A DNA stretch of 64,000 nucleotides from positions 1-64,000 of the forward strand of contig MU619279.1 of the NCBI GenBank assembly GCA_025201805.1. The letters are read 5' to 3'. How positions within the stretch are numbered: the stretch's first letter is position 1; every line of letters begins with the position of its first letter. The notes under the pieces are model-generated. The model saw only the letters and a list, made by a program, of their open reading frames with translations. It was not told the origin of the DNA and did not search any database. Below are positions 25,160 to 39,598 of this stretch, piece after piece. The DNA is from Parasitella parasitica NRRL 2501 (lineage: Eukaryota; Fungi; Mucoromycota). The translations under genes and the position numbers were made by a program.

Positions 25160-26931
25160 ATGGCTGCTGCTGCTTCGCGTTCAAACGTCACTCGTCTTTT
25201 GGGATTGCTCCAAGCTGGTGCTAATAGTTGTCCTTGCCACTCACATGCTCACTCTCATGGCCCCACTGCTGGCGCCTTTTCTAGCTTGTTAAAGTATGGT
25301 CGCAACTACGCTAGCGCTAAAGAAACAACTGATTACGCTTTCGAAATGGCTGCGAGCAACATTCGCTTTGGTCCTGGTGTCACAAGGTAAGATAGATTGC
25401 TGCTGTTGCAAGACGAAGATGTTTGTTAAAACATGGGCTGTAAATCTAGTGAAATCGGTATGGATTTGAACAACATTCACGCAAAGAAAGTCGCTGTTTA
25501 CACTGATAGCACTGTAAGTTGAGATCCTGCATGTTTTCGAATCACGATATTTTTCTCACGGTCGAATACAGATCGCCAAACTGCATCCTCTCAAGGCTGT
25601 TGTTGAGTCCTTGGACAAGCACAAGGTCAACTACGTAGTCTATGACACATGCCGTGTTGAACCTACTGATACTAGTTTCAAATCTGCCATCGAATTTGCT
25701 CGCAAGCATAACCCTGATGCGTTTGTCGCTGTCGGTGGTGGTTCCGTCATTGACACTGCCAAGGCTGCCAGTCTTTACAGCTCTCATCCTGAAGCCGACT
25801 TTTTGGATTTCGTCAATGCTCCTATCGGCAAAGGCCTGCCTATCAGAAAGAAGTTGAATCCTTTGATCGCTGGTAAGTTTTCTACATTGATTAGACCGAG
25901 ATCACTGTTAATGATGTAAGTGATTTAGTCCCTACTACTGCTGGTACTGGTTCAGAAACCACAGGTACAGCCATTTTTGATTATGAGCCCCTCAAGACCA
26001 AAACAGGTATTGCCCATCGTGCTCTTAAGCCCCTTCTTGGTATTGTCGATCCTTTAAATACTCGTAGCATGCCCTCCCAAGTCCATGCATCCAGTGGTTT
26101 AGATGTCTTGTGGTAAGTAAAAATAAAAAAAAATCGTTTGAATGCAGTCAAGGATTTGCGCGTATGCTAACCATCTCTTTATCCATAATCAAGCCATGCT
26201 CTCGAATCTTACACTGCCTTGCCTTATAATCAACGATCTCCTCGTCCTAAAGACCCTATCGAAAGACCTGCTTACCAAGGCTCCAATCCTATCAGTGATG
26301 TCTGGTCACTTCACGCTTTGAAGATGGTAGTTGAGTATCTTCCCCGCGCTGTCAAGGATCCCGAAGATCATGAAGCTCAAAGCCAAATGTTGCTAGCTGC
26401 CACTTTTGCTGGCATTGGTTTCGGTAATGCTGGCGTCCATCTTTGCCATGGTTTGAGTTATCCTATCAGTGGTCTTAATAAGAGTTATAAGCACCCTGGC
26501 TATAATGTTGACCATGCCATTGTTGTAAGTAATATATTACTATATTTTAATTGTGTGACGAATAGATAAATTAAATAATCGTTATGTAGCCTCATGGTGT
26601 TTCTGTTGCTTTGACTGCACCTTCTGTGTTCCGCTTCACCGCTCCTGCTTGTCCTGACCGCCACATTGATGCCGCTGCTGCTTTCGGTGCCGATCCTGCT
26701 CATATCAAGGAATCCATGGCTGGCGAAGTCCTTGCTGAGAAGCTCACTCGTTTCCTTGAAGATTTAGGTGTTCCTAACGGGTTAAGCGCTCTTGGTTATG
26801 ATTCTTCTTATATTCCTGCTTTGGTTGAAGGTACTTTGCCTCAACACCGTGTTACTAAGCTTGCTCCTGCTCGTGAACCCGCTGCTGAGCAAATTGCTTC
26901 CATCTTTGAGAACGCTATGAAGAATTACTAA
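25160..26931 (+). CDS. ADHFE1: Mitochondrial hydroxyacid-oxoacid transhydrogenase (Fe-containing alcohol dehydrogenase family), multi-exon
   Basis: Presequence with [75 protein letters not shown] and [11 protein letters not shown]. Confidence 0.95.
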
Positions 26932-27341
26932 GTCGCAAATAAAATTTTACTAGTGTAAATGTAGCGTATAATGTAAAATATTATGACAGTAGACCTTATT
27001 CTTTTCTTGGGAGGGGGGTAAACTTGAAATTCTCTCTACGATACCGTCCATGATTTTAAGAATTAATGCCTTTTGCAAATATGTTTATTAAATCAAGGTT
27101 GGGATAAAGAAGAAATAAATAGACACATCATATGGTAATAAATATTATATGTCGTATGTATTAATGTGTAATATCAAAGTAAATATAGATCCTCGATCGA
27201 ACTTGGGAGAACACAGCGTTGACTCACTGCTATCTGATAGAAACTTGTACTTGAATAAAGCTACATGTAAAAATATATATTGTTTTATTATTATGATATA
27301 GTAACAAAAGAAAAGATTAGGCTTAAATCTAAATTGATTGA

Positions 27342-30244
27342 TTAAAATTCATATCCTTCCACCTTGAAGAGTTCAGCAAAATCAAAGTACTGTATCATCA
27401 ATTCTTGAACAGGAAGAGGCAAATTCATTGACGTCAACATATTTTGCACTTTAGACAGACCTTCTTTACGGATGATAATATTAAGATTGCGAGCAATTTC
27501 GCTTGGATACTATATAAACCCGTTGAGTAAAGAAATGCATCAAGTTTCCTTTGAGCCAAAAAAAAAATACTTACCACGACTTCATGATACCAACGTTCAT
27601 GGTATACCGTCAATTTTACAGCAGCTAAAAGAGCTCTTTGGATGTTAGATTCTGTAACGTATATCTCCAAGAGCTTCATCCAAGCCTTGGCAGAGAATTT
27701 GTGATCCAAGCATTGCTCGTATGCCTCCCGAGCTTCATTCTCATGCCATAATCTAAGCGCAAGGTCACCCAATAATTCCCATTCAGTACCAGTCTTACGG
27801 TAGGGCATTTGTTGGGCACGATAATGTGCAGCTTCTGTTCTCCAAAAAGTATAAATGCGCAGATCTTCATACAATACCATAAAGAGGTTATCTAACCAGC
27901 GCTCACAAAGACGCTTGTTACTGAATGAAAAATTGACTCCATCGCTGGGATGTGGTGTATTAATTGGTCCATCAGTGGTGGCAGATGCTCCTTCAGTCTA
28001 ATTGATAAATAGAAATATCGTTATTACTATGCACACATACACTGTCTTTATATTTGTATTTGTATTTGCCTTTGATTTGTCCTCGGCAGCTTGGGTAGGA
28101 CGTTCGAGAGGGGTGTGATGAACTTCGACGTTTCGATGGTGTAGATTTTCCTCTTGTTCATCATTATCAGCATTCAAATCGACAGTATCCATTTGATCAG
28201 CTAATTCATCTGTGTTTTCATCATCGCCTTTAGTCTCTTCCTCTGCCTCATTTTGAGATTGCTCGTCATTTACGACTTCATCGTCGTTCTTCTTGAGAGC
28301 CTCGTTGGCAATAGTTTCTGTATTTTGCTCCTCTTCCTGATCACTATCAGTCTCCTGCTTTGTTTGCTGTGCCACATGAGGGCTTTCATACTGTTGCTCG
28401 TTAACTGAGGTGCTGGATTTTTGCGTGTCTTCCTTGGCTTTCTGCATGCGATACTCTTCTTCCATGACAAACACTTGGGATCTGCACTTTAATAGATCAT
28501 CCCATCCAATCTTGCTAGCCAAACGAGTCAGAAGAGCATATGCCTTTGCAAACGTGCCATGCAATGCAGGTGCAGGAAGACGGGCCAAGTTGGGGTCAGC
28601 CTCGTTTTCTCTACCAGCAGCATCCTCCTCCATAATACCTGAATTCATTATCTCTGGCTTGATAGGTAAATGTGTTTTGATAGGCGCAGGCATACGATGC
28701 ATATCACGCTCGCTATAAGTAAACATGGGACATGAGTTCAGTGTTAGAAGTGCCTATTAGATGGTTTTTGAACTTGTTAGATGAACGTCAGGAGACATTG
28801 TAAGTTTTTTTTTACATTTTTGTAATCCTCGAGATCGATGTAAACTGAAATCAGCAAGCATTAGTAGGACAATTAATTTGACATAATCTTGAGTGATTTT
28901 TACCTTCAGTCAACTTGGCCCATGTTAGAAACTCGGAAGGTGTGGTATTCACGGCAAATTTGGCAAGTTTTAAAGCCATGTGATATTCACCCTGGACATC
29001 AAACAGAATATTTTCAGTTACTATCCTAATTGATATTTCGAATTGTTAGATGCTCACCTTACTGCGAAGATAATCAACTTGGATATGCAACAAAGAATAG
29101 CTCATTGGCATATGCTTCAAGTTCTCGTTCAGGACTTTGACAGCCTTTATCTCTTCATTCTGTCCGATGTAAGATTGTGCTAGCAAGGCACCCACTTCGG
29201 GATCTCTCTTTTGCAGTTTCTTGTACAGTTCAATAGCGGGACCGTAACGGAAACTATCGCCAAAATACTTCATAACACCTGAAGTCAAGTGATTGTGTAC
29301 GGCAGTAGCAGTTTGAATTTCAGGGTTACTGCCCAACTGCCAACCACGCCAGAAGAGTGCTTCCACAGCTTCCAAAAACCTTTGTTCACCTGCCAAGTCA
29401 GAGATAGGATCAATTTTACGATATCCAGCTAATCTGTAGTAACTATCGTCAGAATAAAGGATAGCGCGAAGAACAGCTGATAGATAAGTTTCTTGCCAAA
29501 TAGTAGCAGTGGCTTCATGTCTAGCGAATACATGATAAGGTGAGCGTCCAGCAAGGCATATCATCCACATGTCAAAAATACCTTTCTCCTCTTACATCAA
29601 CATAATAGCTCTCCACGCCGCCTGGAATTTTTACTTCGACACGAACATCCACACGAGAAAACGCATTGAAACAGCTAAAGGTGTTTAAAGTTGTCAGAAT
29701 ATATTGCGTCTTGTTGGGCGAGGCTCTGCTTTACCAATATATACCAGAGCGAATTCTCCAAGCGTTTGATTTGGAAAACCAAGATTGGGTTTCGTCCTAA
29801 ATCAGCAAGGTCAATTTCACATGTACTCTTGGCTTCATTTTGACCTTTTTTTTTTTTTTTTCTTACCAATGAATATGTAAGCGAATTCAAATAAGCTGCC
29901 AAGGTTGCAGATGAGGAAGCGTCGGCACCTGAGACATAATGATAACTACCAAGCTAATTTTGAACATGATCATCAGCAAAAAAGAAAAAAAAAAGCCTGT
30001 TGCAACATATGTTGAAAGCGGATATTTACTTCTTTCATACCAGGTTTAGAATGAGCTTTGATAATATGACACAAGTCTGGTGGGCCCAATTCACGAAAGG
30101 TACCTGGAATTTGTCGTCAATAAAGGCTTATTACACACGCGCTCTATAGCATGATATTATACCCAAGGCATCAGTACGAGCTGCAATGGACTCGCCTAAT
30201 TCAGTCTCAAAGAATTCAGGTATATCTTTGAGTGTATCGGCCAT
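27342..30244 (-). CDS. ChAPs (Chs5-Arf1-binding protein; Bud7/Bch1/Chs6 family) exomer cargo adaptor, multi-exon
   Basis: IPEFFETELGESIAART, FRELGPPDLCH, YHYVSGADASSSATLAAYLNSL, FNAFSRVDVRVEVKIPG, WQETYLSAVLRA, LNSCPMFTY, IGWDDLLKCRSQVFVMEEEY, KRLCERWLDNLFMVLYEDLR and EWELLG. Ends VEGYEF*. Confidence 0.93.
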
Positions 30245-31124
30245 TATTGTGGTTGATTAAAATGAAAAAAGAGAGCATTTAATTTCGTGCACCCACCTCG
30301 TAGTATTTAAAATGCACTTTAAGCACCACAAGAAACTAAGAGATCCAATCATCGACTTGAGTGTGCATGCAGGAAAAGATGAGAGAAATAGGTGTACTCT
30401 TTTGAAAACTCTCTGGGTAATGCCCATTTCATATGTCAAATTGCCAACCATTCGTCAATTATATAGCTTCGAGATCATTGATTATTGTGCGCAATGTGCA
30501 TTCTTTGTTTTTTTTTGAGCTTCCAAAACTTGGCCAAGTACTTGAATTTACATAAAAGTAGATTGTATACAATATACTATATGCAGTCGAGAATCAAGTT
30601 GTTTACAAGGTTCTTGAGTATAGCATTTGACAATCATTTAAATGCATTGATGTTTCCAACAGATAAACAAAATTATGTCATAAAATCGTTTTCATTGCGT
30701 GCTTTTTTCATATACAAACATCCCGGCCAAGGTGGTAAAGTTGGAAATTCTGAATTTATGTGCCTCAAGTACGCCACCCAGCAGCTTTTTTCTCATATTT
30801 TGATAGATAATGCAAATCCCATATCTCCTGAGCAATCTATTTGGTAAAATAGGAATAGTGTATCTTGGTATCCAATTTACATATACTGACAACATTAACA
30901 ATAAACTTGCCCCTTTTTCATTTATTATGCACGCAAATTGGATAATATACAAAATTCAATCTTAATTTATCACAACATCTGAGCATCACAACACTTGTAC
31001 CGTCAAACAAAGCTTTGTAAATATTCATAAAATTTGTAGCACAGTACTATTCCTTTACATTCACCTAAAACATGTATAGCACAAAATACAATGGAGCATT
31101 CGACTGTACTAACAAGCACTCGAA

Positions 31125-31137
31125 TTATATATATATA

Positions 31138-31222
<85 letters not shown>
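31125..31222 (+). repeat. (TA)n microsatellite followed by an 82-nt poly(A) tract
   Basis: TA repeats to 31140, then uninterrupted A from 31141 to 31222. Confidence 0.95.
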
Positions 31223-31223
<1 letters not shown>

Positions 31224-31687
31224 AATCGATCCATGAAAATCCGCTAATAGTAACAATGAACTCGAAAATCTTGCAGTGACACAATGAAATGTCAAAATAA
31301 ACTAAAGCCTACAGTCTAAAACGCGCCTATACAATCAATACCGCCACATCGATATTCTATCTAAAAATATCACAAAAGAGCCATTAAAACCAAGATAGCC
31401 TTATAATAATGAGCTTTGGGCCACATAGTAGCCTAATGAGTATCGAAAATAGCCACAATGAAACTTCAAATCGATCTAGCAGTTCATCTCGCTTGCATAT
31501 CCAAAAATAAAACAATAAACCATCGAGTCAATCTAACAATTACAACAAGAATACATGTATTCGTATTCCCAGCCCATAATTACGTAAAGCAAATAGATAC
31601 AGGTAAGGGTTCAGTCAAGGTTGAAATGCAAAGAAATGAATTAAATGAACAGGTACTCGGACTAATTAACGGCCTATGGTAGTGCTG

Positions 31688-31732
31688 CGTGTAAGTGTTT
31701 GTAAGTGTGTGTAAGTGTGTGTGTGTGTTTGT
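31688..31732 (+). repeat. GT-rich simple repeat (GTAAGTGT units and (GT)n)
   Basis: gtgtaagtgtttgtaagtgtgtgtaagtgtgtgtgtgtgtttgt upstream of sulfate permease 2. Confidence 0.75.
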
Positions 31733-32000
31733 ATCTGCTTGCGCTTACTGGCATTGTGAAATTGCCATACATTGACAGGTTTTGTTATGCAATGAATTGT
31801 TCATTTATGTATTTCATTATTGTAATTTAGTAATGTCTCCCTAAACTGACAAAAAACATTCAAACATATAAATACGAGGCAAAAGTCATTTCCTGATTCT
31901 ACATCAACAACTTCTATTGCATTTTTCTCTTTAAAACAACCCTTTCCATTCTTTCAACACACTCGTTTCTTCTCTTTTTACTTCTAGATATTTTTACATT

Positions 32001-34558
32001 ATGATCACTGCTTCCAATCCGGTAACGATTAGTCAGGGTCCTTTGACATTCAAGGAAAAGTTTAGCCAAAACAAGGCTTCTTTCCCCAACCAGCTCATGA
32101 ACTATGTTCTGGGTTTATTCCCCATTCTTCGATGGATCACTAGATGCAACCTCTCGGTAGGTGTAACTCGCGCTCTAGAAATTCGATCTGCTTTTACTCA
32201 CAACTTTATAGTGGTTGGTTCAAGATGCGATTGCAGGTGCCACTGTAGGCATGTTGATCGTACCTCAAGGTATTGCTTATGCAAAAGTTGCAACTCTTGA
32301 TCCTCAATACGGCTTATAGTAAGTGCTGCGATCATCAAAAACGTAAGCGCATACAAGATTAACATTGCATCATAGTACTTCATTTGTTGGTGTTACTTTA
32401 TACTGTCTCTTTGGAACATCCAAGGATATCAGCATCGGGCCAATCAGTAAGCATGCATAAAGAGTTTTCCAGTAGAATGTAGCTAACTCAAACCTCAATA
32501 GCTGTCGTCTCTTTGCTTACCGGTCAAGCCATCGCAAAAGTAACTGAAAATCACCCTGATATCACTGGACCTGAAGTTGCCGTCTGTCTCTCACTCTTTA
32601 CTGGCCTCGTGACAGCATTGATAGGTCTTATCCGTCTCGGTATCCTGGTTGATTTCATTTCAGAACCTGTTATCGCTGGCTACATGACTGGCTCAGCCAT
32701 CACCATCTCGTTCGGTCAATGGCCCAAAGTGTTTGGCTTGAAGGGCGTCAAGGGTTCTCCATACGAAATCCTCTACAAGTTCTTCCAGCATTTGCCGCAA
32801 ACCAAGCTCGATGCCGCCTTTGGTTTAACAGCTTTGGCTGCTCTCTACATTATCAAAATTGGTGGTGCTCGTCTCGGTCAAAGAGTCCCCAAGTTGAAAA
32901 AGTTTTTGTTCTTCTTGGGTATCATGCGTAGTGGTTTGATCGTCATTCTCGGCACTCTCATCTCCTTTCTCGTTAACCTCAACCACCGTGACGACCCCCT
33001 CATCGACATTATCGAGACAGTTCCTGCTGGTTTCGATGCCATGGGTGTCCCATCATTGAACCTGACCATTTTGAAGGAAGCCAGCGGTGTATTGCCCTCA
33101 ATCGTCATCATCATGATCTTGGAACACGTATCTGTCGCAAAGTCATTCGGTCGCATGAGCAACTACAACATTGATGCCAATCAAGAGATCTTGGCCATCG
33201 GCATGAGCAACATTGTTGGAGCTTTCTTTGGGTAAGTTTAGCTTGTAGCACATGGATAAAGTATACAAAAATTAACACGATGATACTATAGTGCATATCC
33301 TTGTACAGGTGCTTTCAGTCGTACCGCTGTCATGTCTCGTTCTGGCTCAAAGACCCCTATGGCTGGCGTCTTTTCTGGTATTGTGGTTTTGCTTGCATTA
33401 TATGCACTTACTCCCGCCTTTTACTACATCCCTGAGTCAGTCTTGGGTGCCGTTGTTATTCATGCAGTCATCGATCTCATGTCAGGCCCTGCTTTTATGA
33501 AGGCTCTGTGGAAACAAAGCATTCTGGAGTTTATGATTTTCCTCATCACCGTCCTTGTTACCTTCTTCATGGATGTCGAAACTGCCATTTACATTGCTGT
33601 GTTCCTGTCTCTGTTGCTCATGTTGCTTCGTTTGGCTCGCCCCAACGTCTCTCGCTTGGGCCGTGTCAGACTCGACACTACAAACAGCAGCCACTCTGGC
33701 TCATCCTCGTCTTCTCTCTCCAAGCATGCTGCACACGACATGTATGAAATGGAAAAGCCAGGTCGCTTCATCTTTGTCGATGAGACCGACCCTCACTTTG
33801 CTGATGTTCTGGATCCCCTCCCAGCCGGTGTTATTGTCGTGCGACTCAGTAGCTCTATCCTGTATCCTAATGCCAACTATGTCACTGATAAAATGATTGA
33901 TTTGATCCAATCTCGCACTCGATCAGGCAATGACGACAACAACGGCGCTCAAGAGGAGGAAAGAATGTGGAATCAGCCTGCTGCATCCTCAAAGGAAGAC
34001 GTCCTGTATGAATATACCAGCAAGCCCTACTTGAAGAGCATTGTCTTGGACTTTGGAAGTGTCGACAAGCTCGATGCCACTGCGCTCCACACACTACACG
34101 CTATGCAGCAGACTTTGGACCGTTATGCCGGTGGCAAGGCAATCGAGTGGCACTTTTGCCAGATTGCAAACCCTCAAGTTAGACAAATGCTGATCGAATC
34201 AGGCTTTGGCTACTTGCCAGAAGCCGAAAAGAACGCTTCTCCAGTTGATATGGAAACAGACTACATGTCTGCAGTAGCGCCATCAAGCAAGTCGCAGTTC
34301 TATAGATCAGGAGAATCGCCCTCAATGAATAGCATGTCTGATGGCATGGGCGCTTACTACGAATATCCCTCTGAGTCCGCTACTATGAGTGGGCCTCAGG
34401 ATGCAAATGCTATCGAACTTTACCCCAAAGATATCTATCCCGCTTTCCACTGGGATGTTGAAGAGGCTGTTGACTCTATCTGCAAACGCCATGGACATAA
34501 ACAACAACACCAAAAACTCAACAATACGTCAGCCTTCTCTGTAATTGTTAACTATTAG
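32001..34558 (+). CDS. SulP/SLC26 sulfate permease with STAS domain (paralog 2), 5 exons
   Basis: LFPILRWI, DAIAGATVGMLIVPQGIAYAKVATLDPQYGLY, FGTSKDISIGP, VIAGYMTGSA, EHVSVAKSFGR, NQEILAIG, YPCTGAFSRTAVMSRSGSKTP; STAS region ILYPNANY and LKSIVLDFGSVDKLDATAL. Confidence 0.94.
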
Positions 34559-35268
34559 ACTCCTTGTACATATACTTGTATACTTTTTTTTTTACACAGA
34601 AAAATAACAAAAAAAAAAATAAACTGTTCTTTTACAATAATTTGCTGTGTCAGTCTTTACTTTATTATTATTATCATTATTATTATATACTGAACTTTGA
34701 GACTATAACCAACACATTACGGCAGATGGATTTGTTTTGTCGGAAGGTACTTTTGAAATTGCATTTGATGTAAGTACTTTTTGTTCCAACATTGTCGTGT
34801 GATCATGCTACTAACAAGGAGAACTTTGTTTTTTTCTAGGAGAACTCTGGCAATGTAACTTATTAACATTATTATCATTTTAGTCTTTTTTTAAATAAAT
34901 ATTTATATTGTATCTTCAAAGATTAGTCAGAGAAGCCGGTAACTAGAATCAAGTATACATGTTAGAGTAGCCTACATCATATAGAATGTACTCGAAGCAT
35001 GTGAATTATAGTATATAACTGTAGTTCTATCGAGTATACAAATTTTACATTGTTGAATTGAAGAAAAAAAGTATTTTTCAAGCCAAGGTAGATTTAAAGT
35101 AAATGGTGCAGTAGTGTCATTTATTAAGCAGTGTAAAAATTAATATTAGTTTGAATGCATATAGGTTTGTATGTGTATATAAGTTATTAGTGTGTTTAAA
35201 AAATCTATATATATGCGACGATGATTCATAAAAATAGGGGTATTGCTTGTATATATAGTAAGTAAAAA

Positions 35269-37220
35269 TCAATCTTGTTCAGAATCAGAATCGCCATTGT
35301 GATACAAGGTAACTAATATAATGAATAAACAATCAGTTTTTTCCTGTTCAATTATCTGCTGTGTAGCAAACATTACTTACGGGAATCAAATTTCTCAAAT
35401 GGATTTGGTTTCTCCATCTTCTGCATTACCCTCAGACCATCAGCTTCCAAGTCCAGACTCATGCTTTCTTGCATTTTTCTGAAATTAATGGCGTCAATAC
35501 CGTTCAGTTTTGATAACGCAGGCAAGATGGGAGGTGACATATTTCTCAGCAATGCAAAATTGGTGCTTTTAAAAAAAGGATGTTGCTTTATATCAGCTGC
35601 GCCTGCACGAGATCCAAGTCGAGTATATTCATCTTTCTGCAATAGCTTGCGAATCAAATTTTTACAGCTGCTCGAAATATTACCACTGAAAGGTGCAGGT
35701 TGATGAGGAAACTGGGGCTCTGTGTGCAGAATTTTTGCAAATGTCTCGTTTCTACTAGTTCCCTTGAAAGGAGTGGTGCCATACTGTATGAAAACAACGG
35801 CATTCAGTACTCTTTTTTTTTTTCTTCTTCTTCTTCTTTTTAGCTGCCACTTACCAGCATTTCATAAATAAGAATGCCCAAGGTCCACCAATCAACTGAG
35901 CTTGTATGACCACAGCCCTTAATTACTTCTGGTGCAATGTATTCTTCTGTGCCGACAAAGCTATTTGTTCGTAATCCCTCCACACAGCTTTTTGTATCAA
36001 TTGAAGGAGGCTATTTTCATCTCGCTTAATAAATATTTGTTTGTGTTATTTGGTTCTAGAAAAAAAAACTTACCTGGCGGGCTGATTTTGATTTAACAAC
36101 GCCTGGTCTGCCAGGTGGGCTTGAGCCTTTACTGAGATCAAAGTCCGTGAGCATAATATGTCCGCTTTGATGAAGCAATATATCTATAATTTGACACACA
36201 CTATTAGTTGGTTGTGAGCTCAATGACATACATACAGGATGACTTACTCTCTGGCTTGAGATCACGGTAGATGTGGCCTTGAAGGTGAAGGTATTCGAGA
36301 GCAGCTGTAACTTCTGCAGCGTAGAATCTCGCACCATCCTCGCTTAAACATTTCCCTGGTCTCAATTGCAATGCTAATAAAAAAAAAAAAAAAATTCTAT
36401 TAATACTTGCAACAATGAAATGGTGCTCATTATCTTGCCTCGAAAAAATTCACCGCCTACACAATACTCCATAACAAAATATAGGTAGTCTTGGCTTTGG
36501 AAACAATGATATAATGTAACAATGAATGGATGATTGGATGTTGTTAAGATTTCTTGCTCAGCCAAGGCGCGTTTAATCTTGTTTCTTTTGATCATCTCTT
36601 TCTTGGATAGAACTACACAGGAAATGAATTAATGGCCATGATGGATAAAGAGACGTGTGCGCTCTCATACCTTTCATCGCATACAGCTTGTCAGTTCCTT
36701 TTTGGCGGACCATGTAGACTTTTCCAACATCGCCTTTGCCCAGCATACGGACTTTGACAAAGCTAGACGGGCCCACCTCTACGTTCTTTACTTTGATGCT
36801 GCTGCTGGAGTACGTTCTTCTGCACAGTTTCATCCTTTCAAACTGCTCTTTTTGGCCTATGCTTTGGTGGTGTAAAGTGGAGGCGGTGTACAGTCGAGGA
36901 GGTTGCAAATTATTGGCATTCGGTGCAGAGGCAACTCGGCGAATGCCTTGGTTACTGGGTTGAAATGCACTCGTAGAAAACCATGAATTTGACTTTGGTG
37001 TAGTAGCGACAACAGCTGGTTTTTCTTGGATGTGAAAGTTATCGGGAACTGTGAATACTTGCGCTAGCTCGACTTGACTACTGTTGTTGCTCTCGATGTT
37101 GAAACTGCTGTAGCTGCTGCTGCTGCGATTATTGCTCGAGTAGTGAAGACTAGGAGAGAAGTGCGTAGGGAGCGGTGCGGATATGGAATTATCTGTATCT
37201 GTGGAATAAATCATAGACAT
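35269..37220 (-). CDS. nrc-2: AGC Ser/Thr kinase of the nrc-2/Fpk1/Kin82 (flippase kinase) family, multi-exon
   Basis: [104 protein letters not shown] and [17 protein letters not shown]. Confidence 0.93.
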
Positions 37221-39598
37221 GACAGTATATACAATTATGGGTTAAAAAAACAAAAAAATTAAAAAAAATTAAAAAAAGAAGAAAAGGCTGAAAAAAAGGC
37301 CTGGTGGGATCTGCTTTGTTCTTTCTCCTCTTCGGTGCTTTCTCCCCCATTTGCTGCCTTTTTAGTCCGGCTTTGCCATAATTGTAAATCTCCCCCATCA
37401 CACCACTTTTGAAGAAGAAGAAGAAAAAAAAAGTGACTCGATTTCGTTCCTCAGAAGCAACCATGTACTGTAAAACAAACATTGGTTCTATAAAAAGAGG
37501 ATGACGATGGTATATAGGCACAGCTTGCACGGTGTGTTTTTTGTACTGATAGTCTTTTTTTGTCATATTACTTTCAACCACTTGCATGCGATCATATGGG
37601 GAATTATATGGAAACTAAAATTAAAAACACTGCATGTCTATTTACAAATTGATTGTTGTGTTGATCAATTTCATGCATGTAAATATATACGAAAGAAAGG
37701 AAACACACAAATCAATTTGCATCTTCATTTTGTCAATTACAATCTCGGGTTACGCTTCTCTGTGATCCCTTTTTTTTTTTTAGGGGGTTTGTTTTGAGTC
37801 CATATATAAACTCTTTTTTGCTATTCTTATTGGTCTCAACTTTATCAGATTGCGCACTGATTTAGCTCACTACCAAGTCGAATTATATCAAAACATTGGT
37901 GTGAGAATATATTGTGCAGCTTCCAGAAAATTTATATATATGCTATGGGTACAGCAGGACCATACAATCAAGTAGTACAAAAACAGTGATTATAATGTTA
38001 TAAACTTGGCAGTTTGTGGGGTGATTTTCAAACAGTATTCAGCCCGTATCATGAAAGAAATGGATACAGAAATAGTGCAAAATCTCCAGCTTGCCAAAAT
38101 AAGCTGTCAGTCATAGATTATTGCTATAAATACAATTAAACAAGTAGTGTTTTGAGCTGGTATATTAGTATCATTCATTCAGGATTTTAGTACATGGATA
38201 TCTTGACGAGGAATTAACAGGTTTGACTGTTCAAGTTTTCTTTGTTATGTTGCTTTGCGCCTGTAAAAATGCGCCCTTGCTGGTATTGTTTGCCTTATTT
38301 CGCTATTTGTACCATTATTGATATGGCTCCCTATTCCGTAAATCGCTTAGCAAAATTATCCTCTGCTGTAAAAGGTTACCAAGAAAATTCCGTAATTTAT
38401 TAAACAAGGCAATGCTCGTTGGAGAAAACGGGTATCAGGCCTTACTTTAAATAGCGCAAAATACCTGAAAAGGAAGGAAAACTGCAAAAAGACATTTATA
38501 AACTGACTTCAAGTAGCACACAAATGGTACTAAGCATTTATAAAAGCTAGACGTATCTTTTGATATAACATTTGTATGGATTTCACTGATTTTTTGCCAT
38601 TTCTAGAACTACACTATATGATTGACGGGATTTTTCTGCTCTTTTCAGGAAAAGTAACTTTCAAAATCGGAGCGTGCAATCTCTAGGCATTCTACAAGTA
38701 TGAAAATTAGACCATTATAAATCCAAGAAGCAGGGCAATTGACTGTTCAAACATGAATAGATTGGCATGTATATTGAGGCAGATATAGCTTCACAAAGTG
38801 AAACTTCGGGTAAAAAAATCGCGAAAAGTTGATACGCTGAGATTCAATTTTCAAGCTTCTTTTCACTGATCTGTCTGTTTCCTTTAAAAAATGAAATAAA
38901 CACATTTAAAATATTTTTACTAAGCGTAAAGTATTGTTTGTACTTTAGTTAACATGTGGTCTACATAGCAATTAACAGTAGCTATAATTCGATTTTTTTT
39001 TCGAGAGAAACACGCAGAACCTTTCCAGAAGGTATGAACTAACAAAAAAAACTGTTTCTTGAGGTTATGTCAAAAATTTATTTACATTTACTTTTAAAAA
39101 CTGCCTTGAAACATAGCAATATGAGAGGAAACTAAAGATATTTTCAAATTGCATCAAGTTTCTATCGATGTTTTAATTCATCAAATTTTTGAGTTTATTT
39201 CAAAATGGCTCTAGAAAATGATAAATATAGAAGAGAGTCTAGAGGATCAATATTTCCTGAAAAATGAACAGTTTTAATCGAGAAACTATATGGCACGAGC
39301 CATATCATGCTAGAATGCATAATCCGTATACATACAACATACATAACAAAGCCCCCTGAAATTTACTGTCTGTATTTGTTGCGATCTATAAACATATTTG
39401 TTTACTTTTGTATACATACTTACCTAGATATTGCTAACAGTATAAAAGTAAACGCCACATATCATAGCCCCGACACAAGTTTATGTAATTTTAAAATTCA
39501 TGATTTTTTTTTTATATATGAAACTGTGTACTATGTATATGTATACAATTTGGAATGCGATAGATTTGACGTTATTTATGGTGTATACGTTTGTGTAC

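Noticed and set aside
31003-31284. Poly-Phe and poly-Lys ORFs
   Set aside because: Translations of the poly(A) tract.
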